Shown in pieces: positions 1 through 8,717 of a DNA stretch of 64,000 bases (positions are counted from its first letter, which is position 1; every line of letters starts with the position of its first letter). The stretch comes from Bacilli bacterium (GTDB lineage: Bacteria; Bacillota_I; Bacilli_A; RFN20; CAG-826). The translations under genes and the position numbers were made by a program. The notes beneath the pieces were generated by a model that saw nothing but the letters and a program-made list of their open reading frames with translations, searched no databases and was not told where the DNA came from. The stretch spans positions 9,789 to 73,788 of the forward strand of contig JAKSVF010000002.1 in NCBI GenBank assembly GCA_024408235.1. The letters run 5' to 3'.

Positions 1-19
1 GCAGAACGAAGATAAGACA

Positions 20-844
20 ATGACAAGCTATGGCGCTTATTCTCTCTGCTTCCCTTACTACATTGCTGGCAAAGGCTATTACGCAATGGTTTTGGAGTGC
101 CGAAATTCATCAAATACGTGCCAAGGTTTATTAAGACATGGCAAATGTACAATCAACTTCCTTCCATTCACAAAGAAGTCATTCACTGAACACGTTAAGT
201 TAGGATTCCCTGGAGATACACCAGCTGAGAAGATGAAAGACTTCAAGTTCACATCAGTCCCAACCCTTTCTAAGGAATTAGACCCAGAAGGTGATTACCC
301 AGAAATGCTTAAAGAAGCATGTCAGGTATTTGAGTGCACTTGGGTCAAGGAACTCGATAATGCTCAGGATGATAAAATCCAGGAAGAGTATCCAGGACCA
401 TATCACAACTTTAACGGTATTACATCTAAGTTTGGTGCTCACTTCATCTTAAAAATCGATCACATCCTTATGCAGGAAAAGTATTGGGATGCAATTGCTA
501 ACGGAGTCACAAGAAAGAACTTTATGCCAATCCCAACAAACTGGGGTTATAGAGATTCGAAGAACTTCTGGTGTTCAGACTATCAGAAGCCAATCGCTAT
601 CGGAATTCCTGATAGAGGAGTGGATGTTGCATCAGTCAGATACGCTGCTGATAGATTACAGACAGACGTTAAGTTCACAGATGATGCACTCGCAATGCTC
701 GTTAAGGTCCCAAGGCCTTTCTTGAAGCTTGTCTTAAACGGATGCGTTGATTGGGCAAATGAACACAATTGCAAACTCATCACCGAAAAGGAAATGAAAG
801 AAATCAACGATAAGCGTTCAAAAGAGAAGAAAGAGAAAAAATAA
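20..844 (+). CDS. Hypothetical protein, possibly a flavin-reductase-like split-barrel domain protein. The 5' end may lie upstream of the window.
   Basis: ORF of 274 aa. There is no in-frame stop between the window edge and the ATG at 20. The segment AEKMKDFKF..VPT..PEMLKEACQVFECTW...GAHFILKIDHILM resembles the core pattern of flavin-reductase-like domains. The tail is Lys/Glu-rich. A hairpin terminator follows. Confidence 0.45.
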   Translation: MTSYGAYSLCFPYYIAGKGYYAMVLECRNSSNTCQGLLRHGKCTINFLPFTKKSFTEHVKLGFPGDTPAEKMKDFKFTSVPTLSKELDPEGDYPEMLKEACQVFECTWVKELDNAQDDKIQEEYPGPYHNFNGITSKFGAHFILKIDHILMQEKYWDAIANGVTRKNFMPIPTNWGYRDSKNFWCSDYQKPIAIGIPDRGVDVASVRYAADRLQTDVKFTDDALAMLVKVPRPFLKLVLNGCVDWANEHNCKLITEKEMKEINDKRSKEKKEKK

Positions 845-851
845 CCAATTA

Positions 852-874
852 AAGCGGTTTAAACCGCTTTTTTT
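852..874 (+). terminator. Rho-independent terminator
   Basis: AAGCGGTTT/AAACCGCTT hairpin followed by a T7 run, immediately after the stop at 844. Confidence 0.8.
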
Positions 875-903
875 GGAGTTTAAAATAATTGTTGAGGAAA
901 CAT

Positions 904-3900
904 ATGTCTGAAGTAGTTAGTTTATCGCTTAGTTCTTTGCCAAATAAGACCTCGTATATTGAAGGCGATCATTTCGAGCCGTATGGAATGGTTGTGTTGG
1001 CTCATTACAATGATGGATCGGATAGCGTCGTGCCTTTTTACTCAATTAGCCCGAATGGCTCACTCAGAACCAGTGATACTAATGTCGTTGTCTCTGCCTT
1101 CAATTTAGACATAAGTGTGCCAATAACAGTTAGAACCGTCCCGACCTCTGGCTATTTTATCGATGTAAACCTTTCTTCCTCGGAGTATGGCGGCAATCCC
1201 GGAATTAACACAGCCGACGGCTCCATATTCTTCGAATGCTCCGAGATAACGGCTAGGTCTGGTCTGGCCTCTTTTGGAGTGGCAATCTGCTACAATTCGG
1301 GTATGACCGAGGTGGAGAGCGATTTGATAAAGGGACTCCCAAAGGGCTTTAGGACGACACTTCACCAATTCCTCATTCGGGATGGAGTCGATGATAGAGG
1401 CGATTCAACATATAAATATATAGATGACCTCGGATACGTTACGCGGTTCTTTAAGAGCGAGGACGGCTTCTATTATGACGGATGCGGGTTGAGGCTCAGG
1501 CTTGACGTCTACTCCAAAACAATAACAAATCCAATAGGCGACTCTATGTCGTTCGACCATGAGGGAAGGCTGACATCCATCAGGAGTGGGGCGAATCCTT
1601 TGAACGAGAAACTCATTACCTATAATGATGATGGCATCAGGACCGTCTATGACCAAAGATATCCTGATACTTACATAAAATTCTCATACCAGTTTGGATG
1701 GCTCAGGTGGATAAGAGTCTATCAGGATGGATCGCTATCGAGGCTTTACACCCTAATGGGTGTGCCGGGGCAGATATCCTCTATCGAGGAGGAGGCCTCT
1801 GGCCAATCAAGGACAATCTACCAGTTCAGCGTGAATGACAGGAACCTCATAAACAGGTTCGTAGACTGTATGACAAAGGACGCATACAGGTTGACATATG
1901 AGTTCGACACCGCGCTAAACGGCTACAGGTTCTCCTCCGTGAGGAAAGGATACATGGCCGACGGTGGGTTCCAGGAGAGGACCGGGCTGTTCTTCGCGGG
2001 CGCTTATTATAATCATTTGCATGATCGTGTGCTTTTTTCTCAGCTTCTTGTTGAAGATGAGAATGGCGTGATTCTTTCCATCATGTCCGATGACAAAGGG
2101 ATGCCTGTTTCCATATTGGAAAAAGATGCTAATTCGCAAAATGAGTATTACAGCATTAGAAGGGATTCAGGCATATGGCTGGGGGACACCGGAGGTTCTG
2201 GCGATTCAATTAACGGATCGAGGTCGATTTACGTTTGCGGGAATCGCTTTATAGCAAGCGGGCTATCATCTTCGGATCTTGGAGGGAAAAGAAATATTAA
2301 GCTCACTGGGTGGGCCAAGTTAGGTACTTTCAACGAAAAATCCGTCATCGGCGTAAGCGGTTCTGGGCTCGTTGCGGGATTTGTCGAGCTTAACTCATAC
2401 GCCGTGAATACCTGGCAGTATTTTGAGGTGGAGTTGTCGAGAGACTTAAACGACGAAGAGCCGATTCCGTTCAACTCGGTCGTTGTGTCTTCGAGAAATG
2501 GACTTGGACAACCTGTTGGTTGCCAACTTGCAAATCTGTATTTCGACAGATCGACAGGAAAAGAAACAATCTTCTTCTCTAATCACAACAATCCAGTCCA
2601 ATGGCGTGAAATAACCGAACTGAACCTTTGGTCGCAAACATATGGGGCGACATTAATCAATCTCCGGTTGGGTGATAGGGCGCTCAGTGAATCTGATTTC
2701 ATGGAGACCATAATATCATGGCACCTTTCAGGGAATGGTGGCGGGACCTTGTGGTTTTCGCGCGGCCTCCCTATCTCGTTTGAGGATTCTATGCTCTCAG
2801 GGAGTACGGATGGGGATGATTATCTAGGATTCATGGATGGCGATGTGACAAACTCTTCCATAGGGAACGGCAGGGATTGGTTCATAGCGACATCTGTGGA
2901 CGCGGATACAAAGAAGTACTTGATCTTGAGAGAGAATGGATATGAATTTTTAGTAAGGTCGAGAGATGGAGATGGTTACGTTGAGGAGAGATACGAATAT
3001 GATGCGAATAGGCGCCTTACAAGATATGTAAACAAAAAAGGCGGCTCCATCGAGTATGAATATTTCCTTGACGGGACGCTTAAAAAGAAAATTGCGAGGT
3101 GGAATGATGGGTCGGAGAGATCGGCTGTACTGTATCAGTCGGAAATGGACCAAGATGGGAGATTCTTTTCTCGCGAGAGTTCGGCCTCCAGAATCCGCTT
3201 GTATGAACAAAATAATGGGCTTTTGACCAAAACATCATTCCTCAGAGAAACTTTGAATGGTCAAGAAACGATAATGTCAGCAATTGAGTATGGATATGAT
3301 CCATATGGAACCGACATCACGTCTGTCGATTTCCTAGATGGTGAACGAGTTGCAGAGTCTCACTCGTATTCCAGGCCATCTGCCTCCTACAAGACGAACT
3401 ATTATACTGACGGAGTTTCATCACTCAGGGTCTGCAGGGATATCGAGTCCAATTCAGTCAAGGTCGGAGTCATGGGGGATGGAGCATATCGCGATGTTTT
3501 CTCGATGACTTCGGCAAATCTAATCCAGACATCTGTTTTTGACAACGGAACGGGTGACACCGCAAGAAGCGAGGACATAACGAAGGAATTTGACGAATAT
3601 GGCAACCTGAAGGATATCGCCCTTTGTGGGTCTCGAACGGTAGAGTTCCATTACTCAGGCAATTCATCGAGCGAATATGGAGCACTTCTTAGCTCCGTAT
3701 GCGATGGCATTTCTGGCAGAACCATCAATTTCGAACACGATGAGAGCAACCACTTAACCAGGATGAACGATGGAGACGTCGACATTCGCATTTCAGCAGA
3801 CGATGGCGGTGTGGCGGAGGTGAGGTTCCCGGCTGGAGATTCGTATTCATATGCGCTTGGTGAAGAGGGGGCAGCGTCAATTGCGACAGGAACCGCCAAC

Positions 3901-5478
3901 CGTCTTGCGGTATCGTGCTGGCATATCGAGAGGGACCAGCTTATGAGGGTGTCCTCAATAAAGAATCCGAATTATGATGAGAGCCTCAATCACTCATTTG
4001 AGTATTCCTTGGATGACCCGTCATTGATAACTTCGTACGATTTTGGCTCAGGAGCCTATTCGGAGTCGTACTCATACGTATCAGGCAAGATGTCGTCTAG
4101 GACGGCATCGTTCCTCAATTCGTCTTCCGGCGTTACGAGGACGTATTCCTGCCATTATTCATATGATGGGCTTGGCAGGATAATCCATGAAACGAACTCA
4201 AAACTTGGAATTTCAAGAGCATATGTTTACGACCAAAACGGGTATATGACATATTTCGGTGACAACGCAATAGCGTATGACGAATGCGGAAGAGTGTCGT
4301 CTTTTGGTGCCAATTCGTATTCTTATGACAACTACGGTAACAGGGTTTCGAGAAACGGGATGACTTACAGATGGGTCCGCGGGAACGTTCTCTCTGGTGT
4401 GGGTCCTTCTAGCTATTATTACGACTACGGAGGACGTAGAATCACGAAAGTCGACTCGATGAATCGTACCCACCAATACCATTATCTCTTCAATAAGCTG
4501 GTTGGTGAGGACGTTTCGGATGCTTTTGGCGTTGTCAGTAGAATCAGGTATTTTTACGATTCTCTTGGGCCGTGTGCAATGAGGACAATCGACTCTTATG
4601 GCGGGACAATCGACTACATCTACATTAGGAATGCGTCCGGTGACATAACCGGCCTTATGAATCAATTGGGAGTAATTGTCTGTATATATGTGTATGATGC
4701 TTGGGGTTCACATATTGTCTGTGATCGCGAAGGCAATGTGAACACGAGCGGTTCTTTCATCGGCAACGTAAATCCGTTCAGATACAGGGGATATTATTAT
4801 GATGTTGAGACAGGCCTCTACTGGTTATCCTCACGTTATTATGATCCAGAGATAGGAAGATTCATAAGTCCTGATAGTGTGGATTATCTTGATCCAACAA
4901 CTATCAGCGGTCTAAACCTTTATGCGTACTGTAATAACGATCCTATAAATTATTATGATCCTAGCGGACACATTGCGACAGAATTGATTGCAGGTGGTGT
5001 TGCAATATATTACTTGTTAGCTGGACTAGCTATCTTGGTTATTGGAACAGGCATTGTTATTGCTTCTCAAGGTGGATTTAAAAATATATCATTCGATGTG
5101 CCTTTTGAATGGCAAGTCACGTGGGATACTTTTAGTGATAATATTTCCAATGCATGGAATGATATTTCTCATTGGTGGAATGGTTTATTTGACAGAAATA
5201 CTTCGACCTCTTCTATTTCATATGGAACTAGTAATGATGTTGCAATTATGGAATATCAGAGAAAGAAAGCTGCTCCTAGAATTAAATGCAAATCAAGAAA
5301 AGAAGCGAAGCAAAAGGCTTTTTTAAAAGGCGGAAAACGAAAACCGATATTGCATTTTAACGGTCCTCATGGCCCTCATTTTCATCCTGACGACCCTAAA
5401 TTCAAGCATTGGCACTATTATTTTGGATGGTTGCTTTGGATGATGTTAAATGAAGAGGAGGATGAGTATGAATACTGA
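904..5478 (+). CDS. RHS/YD-repeat polymorphic toxin. It has an N-terminal Ig-like module, an RHS shell, a DPxGH core-end motif, and a C-terminal TM helix plus His-rich putative toxin tip.
   Basis: Uninterrupted ORF. I prefer the ATG at 904 (GAGGA at 894-898, 5-nt spacer) over the TTG at 889 in the ORF track. YD repeats include YEYDANRRLTRY, FDEYGNLKDI, YSYDGLGRII, YVYDQNGYMTYF, YSYDNYGNRVSR and YYDYGGRRITKV. The canonical core end is RYYDPEIGRFISPD...YAYCNNDPINYYDPSGH (DPSGH at 4957-4971). No signal peptide or lipobox is present. Confidence 0.9.
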   Translation: MSEVVSLSLSSLPNKTSYIEGDHFEPYGMVVLAHYNDGSDSVVPFYSISPNGSLRTSDTNVVVSAFNLDISVPITVRTVPTSGYFIDVNLSSSEYGGNPGINTADGSIFFECSEITARSGLASFGVAICYNSGMTEVESDLIKGLPKGFRTTLHQFLIRDGVDDRGDSTYKYIDDLGYVTRFFKSEDGFYYDGCGLRLRLDVYSKTITNPIGDSMSFDHEGRLTSIRSGANPLNEKLITYNDDGIRTVYDQRYPDTYIKFSYQFGWLRWIRVYQDGSLSRLYTLMGVPGQISSIEEEASGQSRTIYQFSVNDRNLINRFVDCMTKDAYRLTYEFDTALNGYRFSSVRKGYMADGGFQERTGLFFAGAYYNHLHDRVLFSQLLVEDENGVILSIMSDDKGMPVSILEKDANSQNEYYSIRRDSGIWLGDTGGSGDSINGSRSIYVCGNRFIASGLSSSDLGGKRNIKLTGWAKLGTFNEKSVIGVSGSGLVAGFVELNSYAVNTWQYFEVELSRDLNDEEPIPFNSVVVSSRNGLGQPVGCQLANLYFDRSTGKETIFFSNHNNPVQWREITELNLWSQTYGATLINLRLGDRALSESDFMETIISWHLSGNGGGTLWFSRGLPISFEDSMLSGSTDGDDYLGFMDGDVTNSSIGNGRDWFIATSVDADTKKYLILRENGYEFLVRSRDGDGYVEERYEYDANRRLTRYVNKKGGSIEYEYFLDGTLKKKIARWNDGSERSAVLYQSEMDQDGRFFSRESSASRIRLYEQNNGLLTKTSFLRETLNGQETIMSAIEYGYDPYGTDITSVDFLDGERVAESHSYSRPSASYKTNYYTDGVSSLRVCRDIESNSVKVGVMGDGAYRDVFSMTSANLIQTSVFDNGTGDTARSEDITKEFDEYGNLKDIALCGSRTVEFHYSGNSSSEYGALLSSVCDGISGRTINFEHDESNHLTRMNDGDVDIRISADDGGVAEVRFPAGDSYSYALGEEGAASIATGTANRLAVSCWHIERDQLMRVSSIKNPNYDESLNHSFEYSLDDPSLITSYDFGSGAYSESYSYVSGKMSSRTASFLNSSSGVTRTYSCHYSYDGLGRIIHETNSKLGISRAYVYDQNGYMTYFGDNAIAYDECGRVSSFGANSYSYDNYGNRVSRNGMTYRWVRGNVLSGVGPSSYYYDYGGRRITKVDSMNRTHQYHYLFNKLVGEDVSDAFGVVSRIRYFYDSLGPCAMRTIDSYGGTIDYIYIRNASGDITGLMNQLGVIVCIYVYDAWGSHIVCDREGNVNTSGSFIGNVNPFRYRGYYYDVETGLYWLSSRYYDPEIGRFISPDSVDYLDPTTISGLNLYAYCNNDPINYYDPSGHIATELIAGGVAIYYLLAGLAILVIGTGIVIASQGGFKNISFDVPFEWQVTWDTFSDNISNAWNDISHWWNGLFDRNTSTSSISYGTSNDVAIMEYQRKKAAPRIKCKSRKEAKQKAFLKGGKRKPILHFNGPHGPHFHPDDPKFKHWHYYFGWLLWMMLNEEEDEYEY

Positions 5479-5857
5479 TGATATTATAAGGAAATTCTGT
5501 GATTCTATCATTCTTGATGATAGAAAGGATAGAATGTATTATGAACTAACATCAAGAAAGCAAAAAGGTGTCGATAGATTTGATCACAATGCTGGATGTC
5601 TTATTAAGAAAGAAAAAATAATTCTACACGGTTCTTTGGATGAAATTGTTAAATATTTAAATGTAAATGTGAAACAGGATTCCGTTGTATTTATCGTCGA
5701 TCATTTTAACAAAACAGGAGAATGTCTCACAAAAGAAGAGTTTATTAAAAGACTAAACTCTGAGTATTTGGCTTTAATAGGAATAATATATCCGCATCTT
5801 GCGATAATCAAAGAAGAAAATCACTCAGGGAAATATATATATTTATTGAAAGTTTGA
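5468..5857 (+). CDS. Candidate cognate immunity protein for the RHS tip (small cytoplasmic protein, no recognisable family)
   Basis: The ORF overlaps the RHS 3' end. GAGGAGG at 5455-5461 lies 6 nt before the ATG at 5468, and in-frame ATGs also occur at 5450 and 5462. The product is 129 aa, with no TM segment or signal peptide. The position immediately after a polymorphic-toxin tip is the classic immunity slot. Confidence 0.6.
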   Translation: MNTDDIIRKFCDSIILDDRKDRMYYELTSRKQKGVDRFDHNAGCLIKKEKIILHGSLDEIVKYLNVNVKQDSVVFIVDHFNKTGECLTKEEFIKRLNSEYLALIGIIYPHLAIIKEENHSGKYIYLLKV

Positions 5858-6053
5858 AACGACTAAATGATTATTTGCAGAAAATTTGTCCATAATCCGG
5901 AAGACTAGAAGCAAACGAATATGTTCAACCTGGGTATCCCAATTGCTAAATATACGATGGCACAACCCACTGATGCAGATTGATGCCACTCTTATCTTGT
6001 TTACAAAATATTTGATTAATTTAAAGAAATTTTTGAAAAAATACGAACTTTTG

Positions 6054-6091
6054 ATACCTCTTTTTACCTATTAGGTGAGAGAGGTATTTTT
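6054..6091 (+). terminator. Strong rho-independent terminator that closes the RHS cassette
   Basis: ATACCTCT...AGAGGTAT outer stem with an inner ACCT/AGGT stem, followed by TTTTTAT. Confidence 0.7.
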
Positions 6092-6467
6092 ATATGATAC
6101 TAATTACTTTAAATGACGTTACGTATTGCATTACCAAAGGATCTATAGGAATTGATAAAACATAAGTATGTCTACACTTTAAATTTTTGGATATGGCTAT
6201 CATTCCATGAAATGTACCTTTCCCCAATCAGTCACTTAACTATCAGTCATATTTCCAACTATCGAGAATATATTCAAATGGTTGTACCTGATTTGTGGTA
6301 TCCAGAATCGGCTTAATCCAAGTGGGAAGAAATAAAGCGAGATGGATTCGTAATAGAAACGGGGGATCGGGTAAAAGTATGGTCGTTCTAAATTACAGTC
6401 CTATATTTACCAACGAGCTTAGCGTCTTTCTTTACTAAGCAACGACTCAAAGATGGAAGAAACAAAA

Positions 6468-6494
6468 TTAGCACTCAGTACTTGCGAGTGCTAA
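6468..6494. promoter_or_regulatory. CIRCE operator (HrcA binding site)
   Basis: TTAGCACTC-AGTACTTGC-GAGTGCTAA is a perfect match to the consensus TTAGCACTC-N9-GAGTGCTAA. It lies 47 nt upstream of the clpB ATG. Confidence 0.9.
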
Positions 6495-6509
6495 AATTGA
6501 TACTATAAT
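6482..6509 (+). promoter_or_regulatory. Putative clpB promoter overlapping CIRCE
   Basis: -35-like TTGCGA (6482-6487), 16-nt spacer, perfect -10 TATAAT (6504-6509). AGGAGGT RBS at 6527-6533. Confidence 0.5.
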
Positions 6510-6540
6510 GATGGTGTCGTTATGACAGGAGGTAACTCAT

Positions 6541-8661
6541 ATGCAAATGAATTATGAAAATGATGAGAACATCCTAGAGAAGTTCGGCAGAAATATTAAC
6601 GAAGCATGTAAATCAGGCAAGATTGATCCAGTTATTGGAAGAGATGAAGAAGTTCGTAAAGTCGTGCAGATTCTTGCTAGAAAAACAAAAAACAACGTTA
6701 TTTTACTCGGTGAACCTGGTGTTGGAAAAACCGCCATCGTTGAAGGCTTAGCCCAAAGAATCGTCAACAACGATGTCCCAAATACGTTAAAAGATAAAAC
6801 CATATATGAACTAGATATGGGCGCTTTAATAGCTGGCGCTAAATACCAGGGTGAGTTTGAGGAGCGTTTAAAGAACGTACTCAAAAAAATAAAGGACAGT
6901 GACGGAAAGATCATCCTCTTCATCGATGAGATCCACCTTATCGTCGGAGCGGGAAGGACAAGCGGTGCTCTCGATGCCTCAAACATGCTTAAACCAATGC
7001 TTGCGAGAGGTGAGATTGATTGTATCGGTGCAACCACTCTTAATGAATATAGACAATATATCGAAAAAGATAGAGCACTTGAACGTCGATTCCAGACCGT
7101 TATGATTGGCGAGCCTACAGTCTCTGACACAATCTCCATTTTAAGAGGGCTCAAAGAAAGGTTTGAATCATATCATGGTGTCCAGATAACCGATAACGCA
7201 ATCGTTGCCGCTGCAACATTATCAAATAGATATGTCACAAATAGATTCTTGCCAGACAAAGCTATTGATTTAATCGATGAGGCGTGTGCAGGAATCAAGG
7301 TTGAAGTTGAATCAATGCCAACTGAACTCGATGAGGTTGAGCGTAAGATTAGACAACTTGAAATCGAACGCATCGCTTTAGCAAAGGAGAAAGACGAAGC
7401 ATCTAAAATGAGGCTATTTGATCTTGATAAGGAACTTGAAGGGCTTAAAACCAATAGAGATTCTTTAACCGAGAAGTGGAAGAAAGAAAAAGAAGATATC
7501 AACGAGGCTAAGCGTTTAAAGACCGAACTAGAAAAAGCCAAGTTGGACCTTCAGACATATTTTGGAAACGGCAGCTATGAAAAAGCGTCTAAACTTCAAT
7601 ATCAGACCATCCCTGAACTGGAAGCAAAAATTAAAGAGATCTCCAATAAAGATGAAGGTGAGGCGCGCCTTATTGATGAGGTTGTTGATGAGGAATCAAT
7701 CGCAAAAATCGTTGCAAGAATGACGGGCATTCCTGTGTCCCGCATCGAAAAGGGGGATAGAGAGAAGGTCTTAACTCTTGAAGATACGTTAAAGAGACGT
7801 GTAATCGGGCAAAACGAAGCGATTTCTCTCGTTTCAAATGCAATTCTCCGTCAAAGAGCGGGTATTAAGAATCCAAACAAACCAATTGGTTCATTCTTGT
7901 TCTTAGGTCCAACCGGTGTTGGTAAGACTGAGGTCGCTAAAGCTTTGGCGGAAGCCTTGTTTGATAATGAATCAAACATCATTCGAATTGATATGTCTGA
8001 ATATATGGAGAAATATTCCGTATCTAGACTTATTGGAGCGGCGCCTGGATATGTTGGATATGAAGAGGGCGGACAGTTAACTGAAAAAGTAAGGCGTAAC
8101 CCGTATTCAATCGTCTTGTTTGATGAAATTGAAAAGGCTGACCCTGAAGTGTTCAATCTATTGCTCCAGCTTCTTGATGAGGGTAGATTGACTGATTCAC
8201 AAGGGCATCTCGTCGACTTCAAGAACACAATCATCATCATGACATCGAACCTGGGTTCTGAATTCATGCTGAACGGCGAGAAAGATAAGGTCGATTCCTT
8301 GCTTCACAAAGCGTTTAAGCCAGAGTTCTTGAACCGTATTGATGAAATAGTCTACTTCAATCCGCTTAATCGCTCAGTCCAAAGGTTAATTGTGGATAAG
8401 ATGCTCAAGGATCTTCAAATGAGACTTGCCGAGCAATATTTCATCTTCAATTTTACAGATGATTTAAAAGAAAAAGTCATTCAGGACGCTTATACGCCCG
8501 ACTTTGGAGCTAGACCACTTAAGAGATATATAGAAGACACTGTTGAAACGTATATTGCTAATCTCATCGTGAGACAGCAGGTTAAGCCTAATATCTCATA
8601 CATTGTTGGTGTTAACGGCGAAGGTTTGACATATAAATTCGACACGGCCGCAAACGCATAA
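6541..8661 (+). CDS. clpB: ATP-dependent chaperone/disaggregase ClpB, short form lacking the N-terminal domain
   Basis: There are two AAA+ modules ([15 protein letters not shown]; [15 protein letters not shown]). A long coiled-coil middle domain separates them. The motif [10 protein letters not shown] is present. At 706 aa the protein starts directly at the region preceding NBD1. Confidence 0.95.
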   Translation: MQMNYENDENILEKFGRNINEACKSGKIDPVIGRDEEVRKVVQILARKTKNNVILLGEPGVGKTAIVEGLAQRIVNNDVPNTLKDKTIYELDMGALIAGAKYQGEFEERLKNVLKKIKDSDGKIILFIDEIHLIVGAGRTSGALDASNMLKPMLARGEIDCIGATTLNEYRQYIEKDRALERRFQTVMIGEPTVSDTISILRGLKERFESYHGVQITDNAIVAAATLSNRYVTNRFLPDKAIDLIDEACAGIKVEVESMPTELDEVERKIRQLEIERIALAKEKDEASKMRLFDLDKELEGLKTNRDSLTEKWKKEKEDINEAKRLKTELEKAKLDLQTYFGNGSYEKASKLQYQTIPELEAKIKEISNKDEGEARLIDEVVDEESIAKIVARMTGIPVSRIEKGDREKVLTLEDTLKRRVIGQNEAISLVSNAILRQRAGIKNPNKPIGSFLFLGPTGVGKTEVAKALAEALFDNESNIIRIDMSEYMEKYSVSRLIGAAPGYVGYEEGGQLTEKVRRNPYSIVLFDEIEKADPEVFNLLLQLLDEGRLTDSQGHLVDFKNTIIIMTSNLGSEFMLNGEKDKVDSLLHKAFKPEFLNRIDEIVYFNPLNRSVQRLIVDKMLKDLQMRLAEQYFIFNFTDDLKEKVIQDAYTPDFGARPLKRYIEDTVETYIANLIVRQQVKPNISYIVGVNGEGLTYKFDTAANA

Positions 8662-8667
8662 AAATGT

Positions 8668-8704
8668 ACCCCTTGTCCTAAATAAAAACTGGATAGGGGT
8701 TTTA
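8668..8704. terminator. clpB terminator hairpin, possibly bidirectional
   Basis: ACCCCT(T)GTCC ... GGATAGGGGT stem with one bulge, then TTTT on the + strand. The reverse reading ends in ACATTTTT. Confidence 0.6.
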
Positions 8705-8717
8705 AATACGCCAAAAA

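Noticed and set aside
5886-6074. A 62-aa ORF (TTG start) downstream of the immunity gene.
   Set aside because: It has no RBS and a non-ATG start. Its composition is typical of translated AT-rich spacer. It also runs straight through the terminator hairpin at 6054-6091.
6432-6442. The 11-mer TTACTAAGCAA is shared between the clpB upstream region (6432-6442) and the XRE upstream region (9571-9581).
   Set aside because: Many 11-mer coincidences are expected by chance in 64 kb on two strands, and there is no surrounding similarity.
6552-7154. Long antisense or alternate-frame ORFs inside well-supported genes. Examples are 6552-7154(-) in clpB, 50572-51240(+) in dnaX, 16372-16857(+), 37373-37885(+), 4213-4665(-) and 20783-21094(-), plus the many 60-120-aa entries in the track.
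   Set aside because: Each lies wholly within a gene that has strong motif support on the other frame or strand. Their translations are Ser/Leu/Cys-rich shadow sequences.
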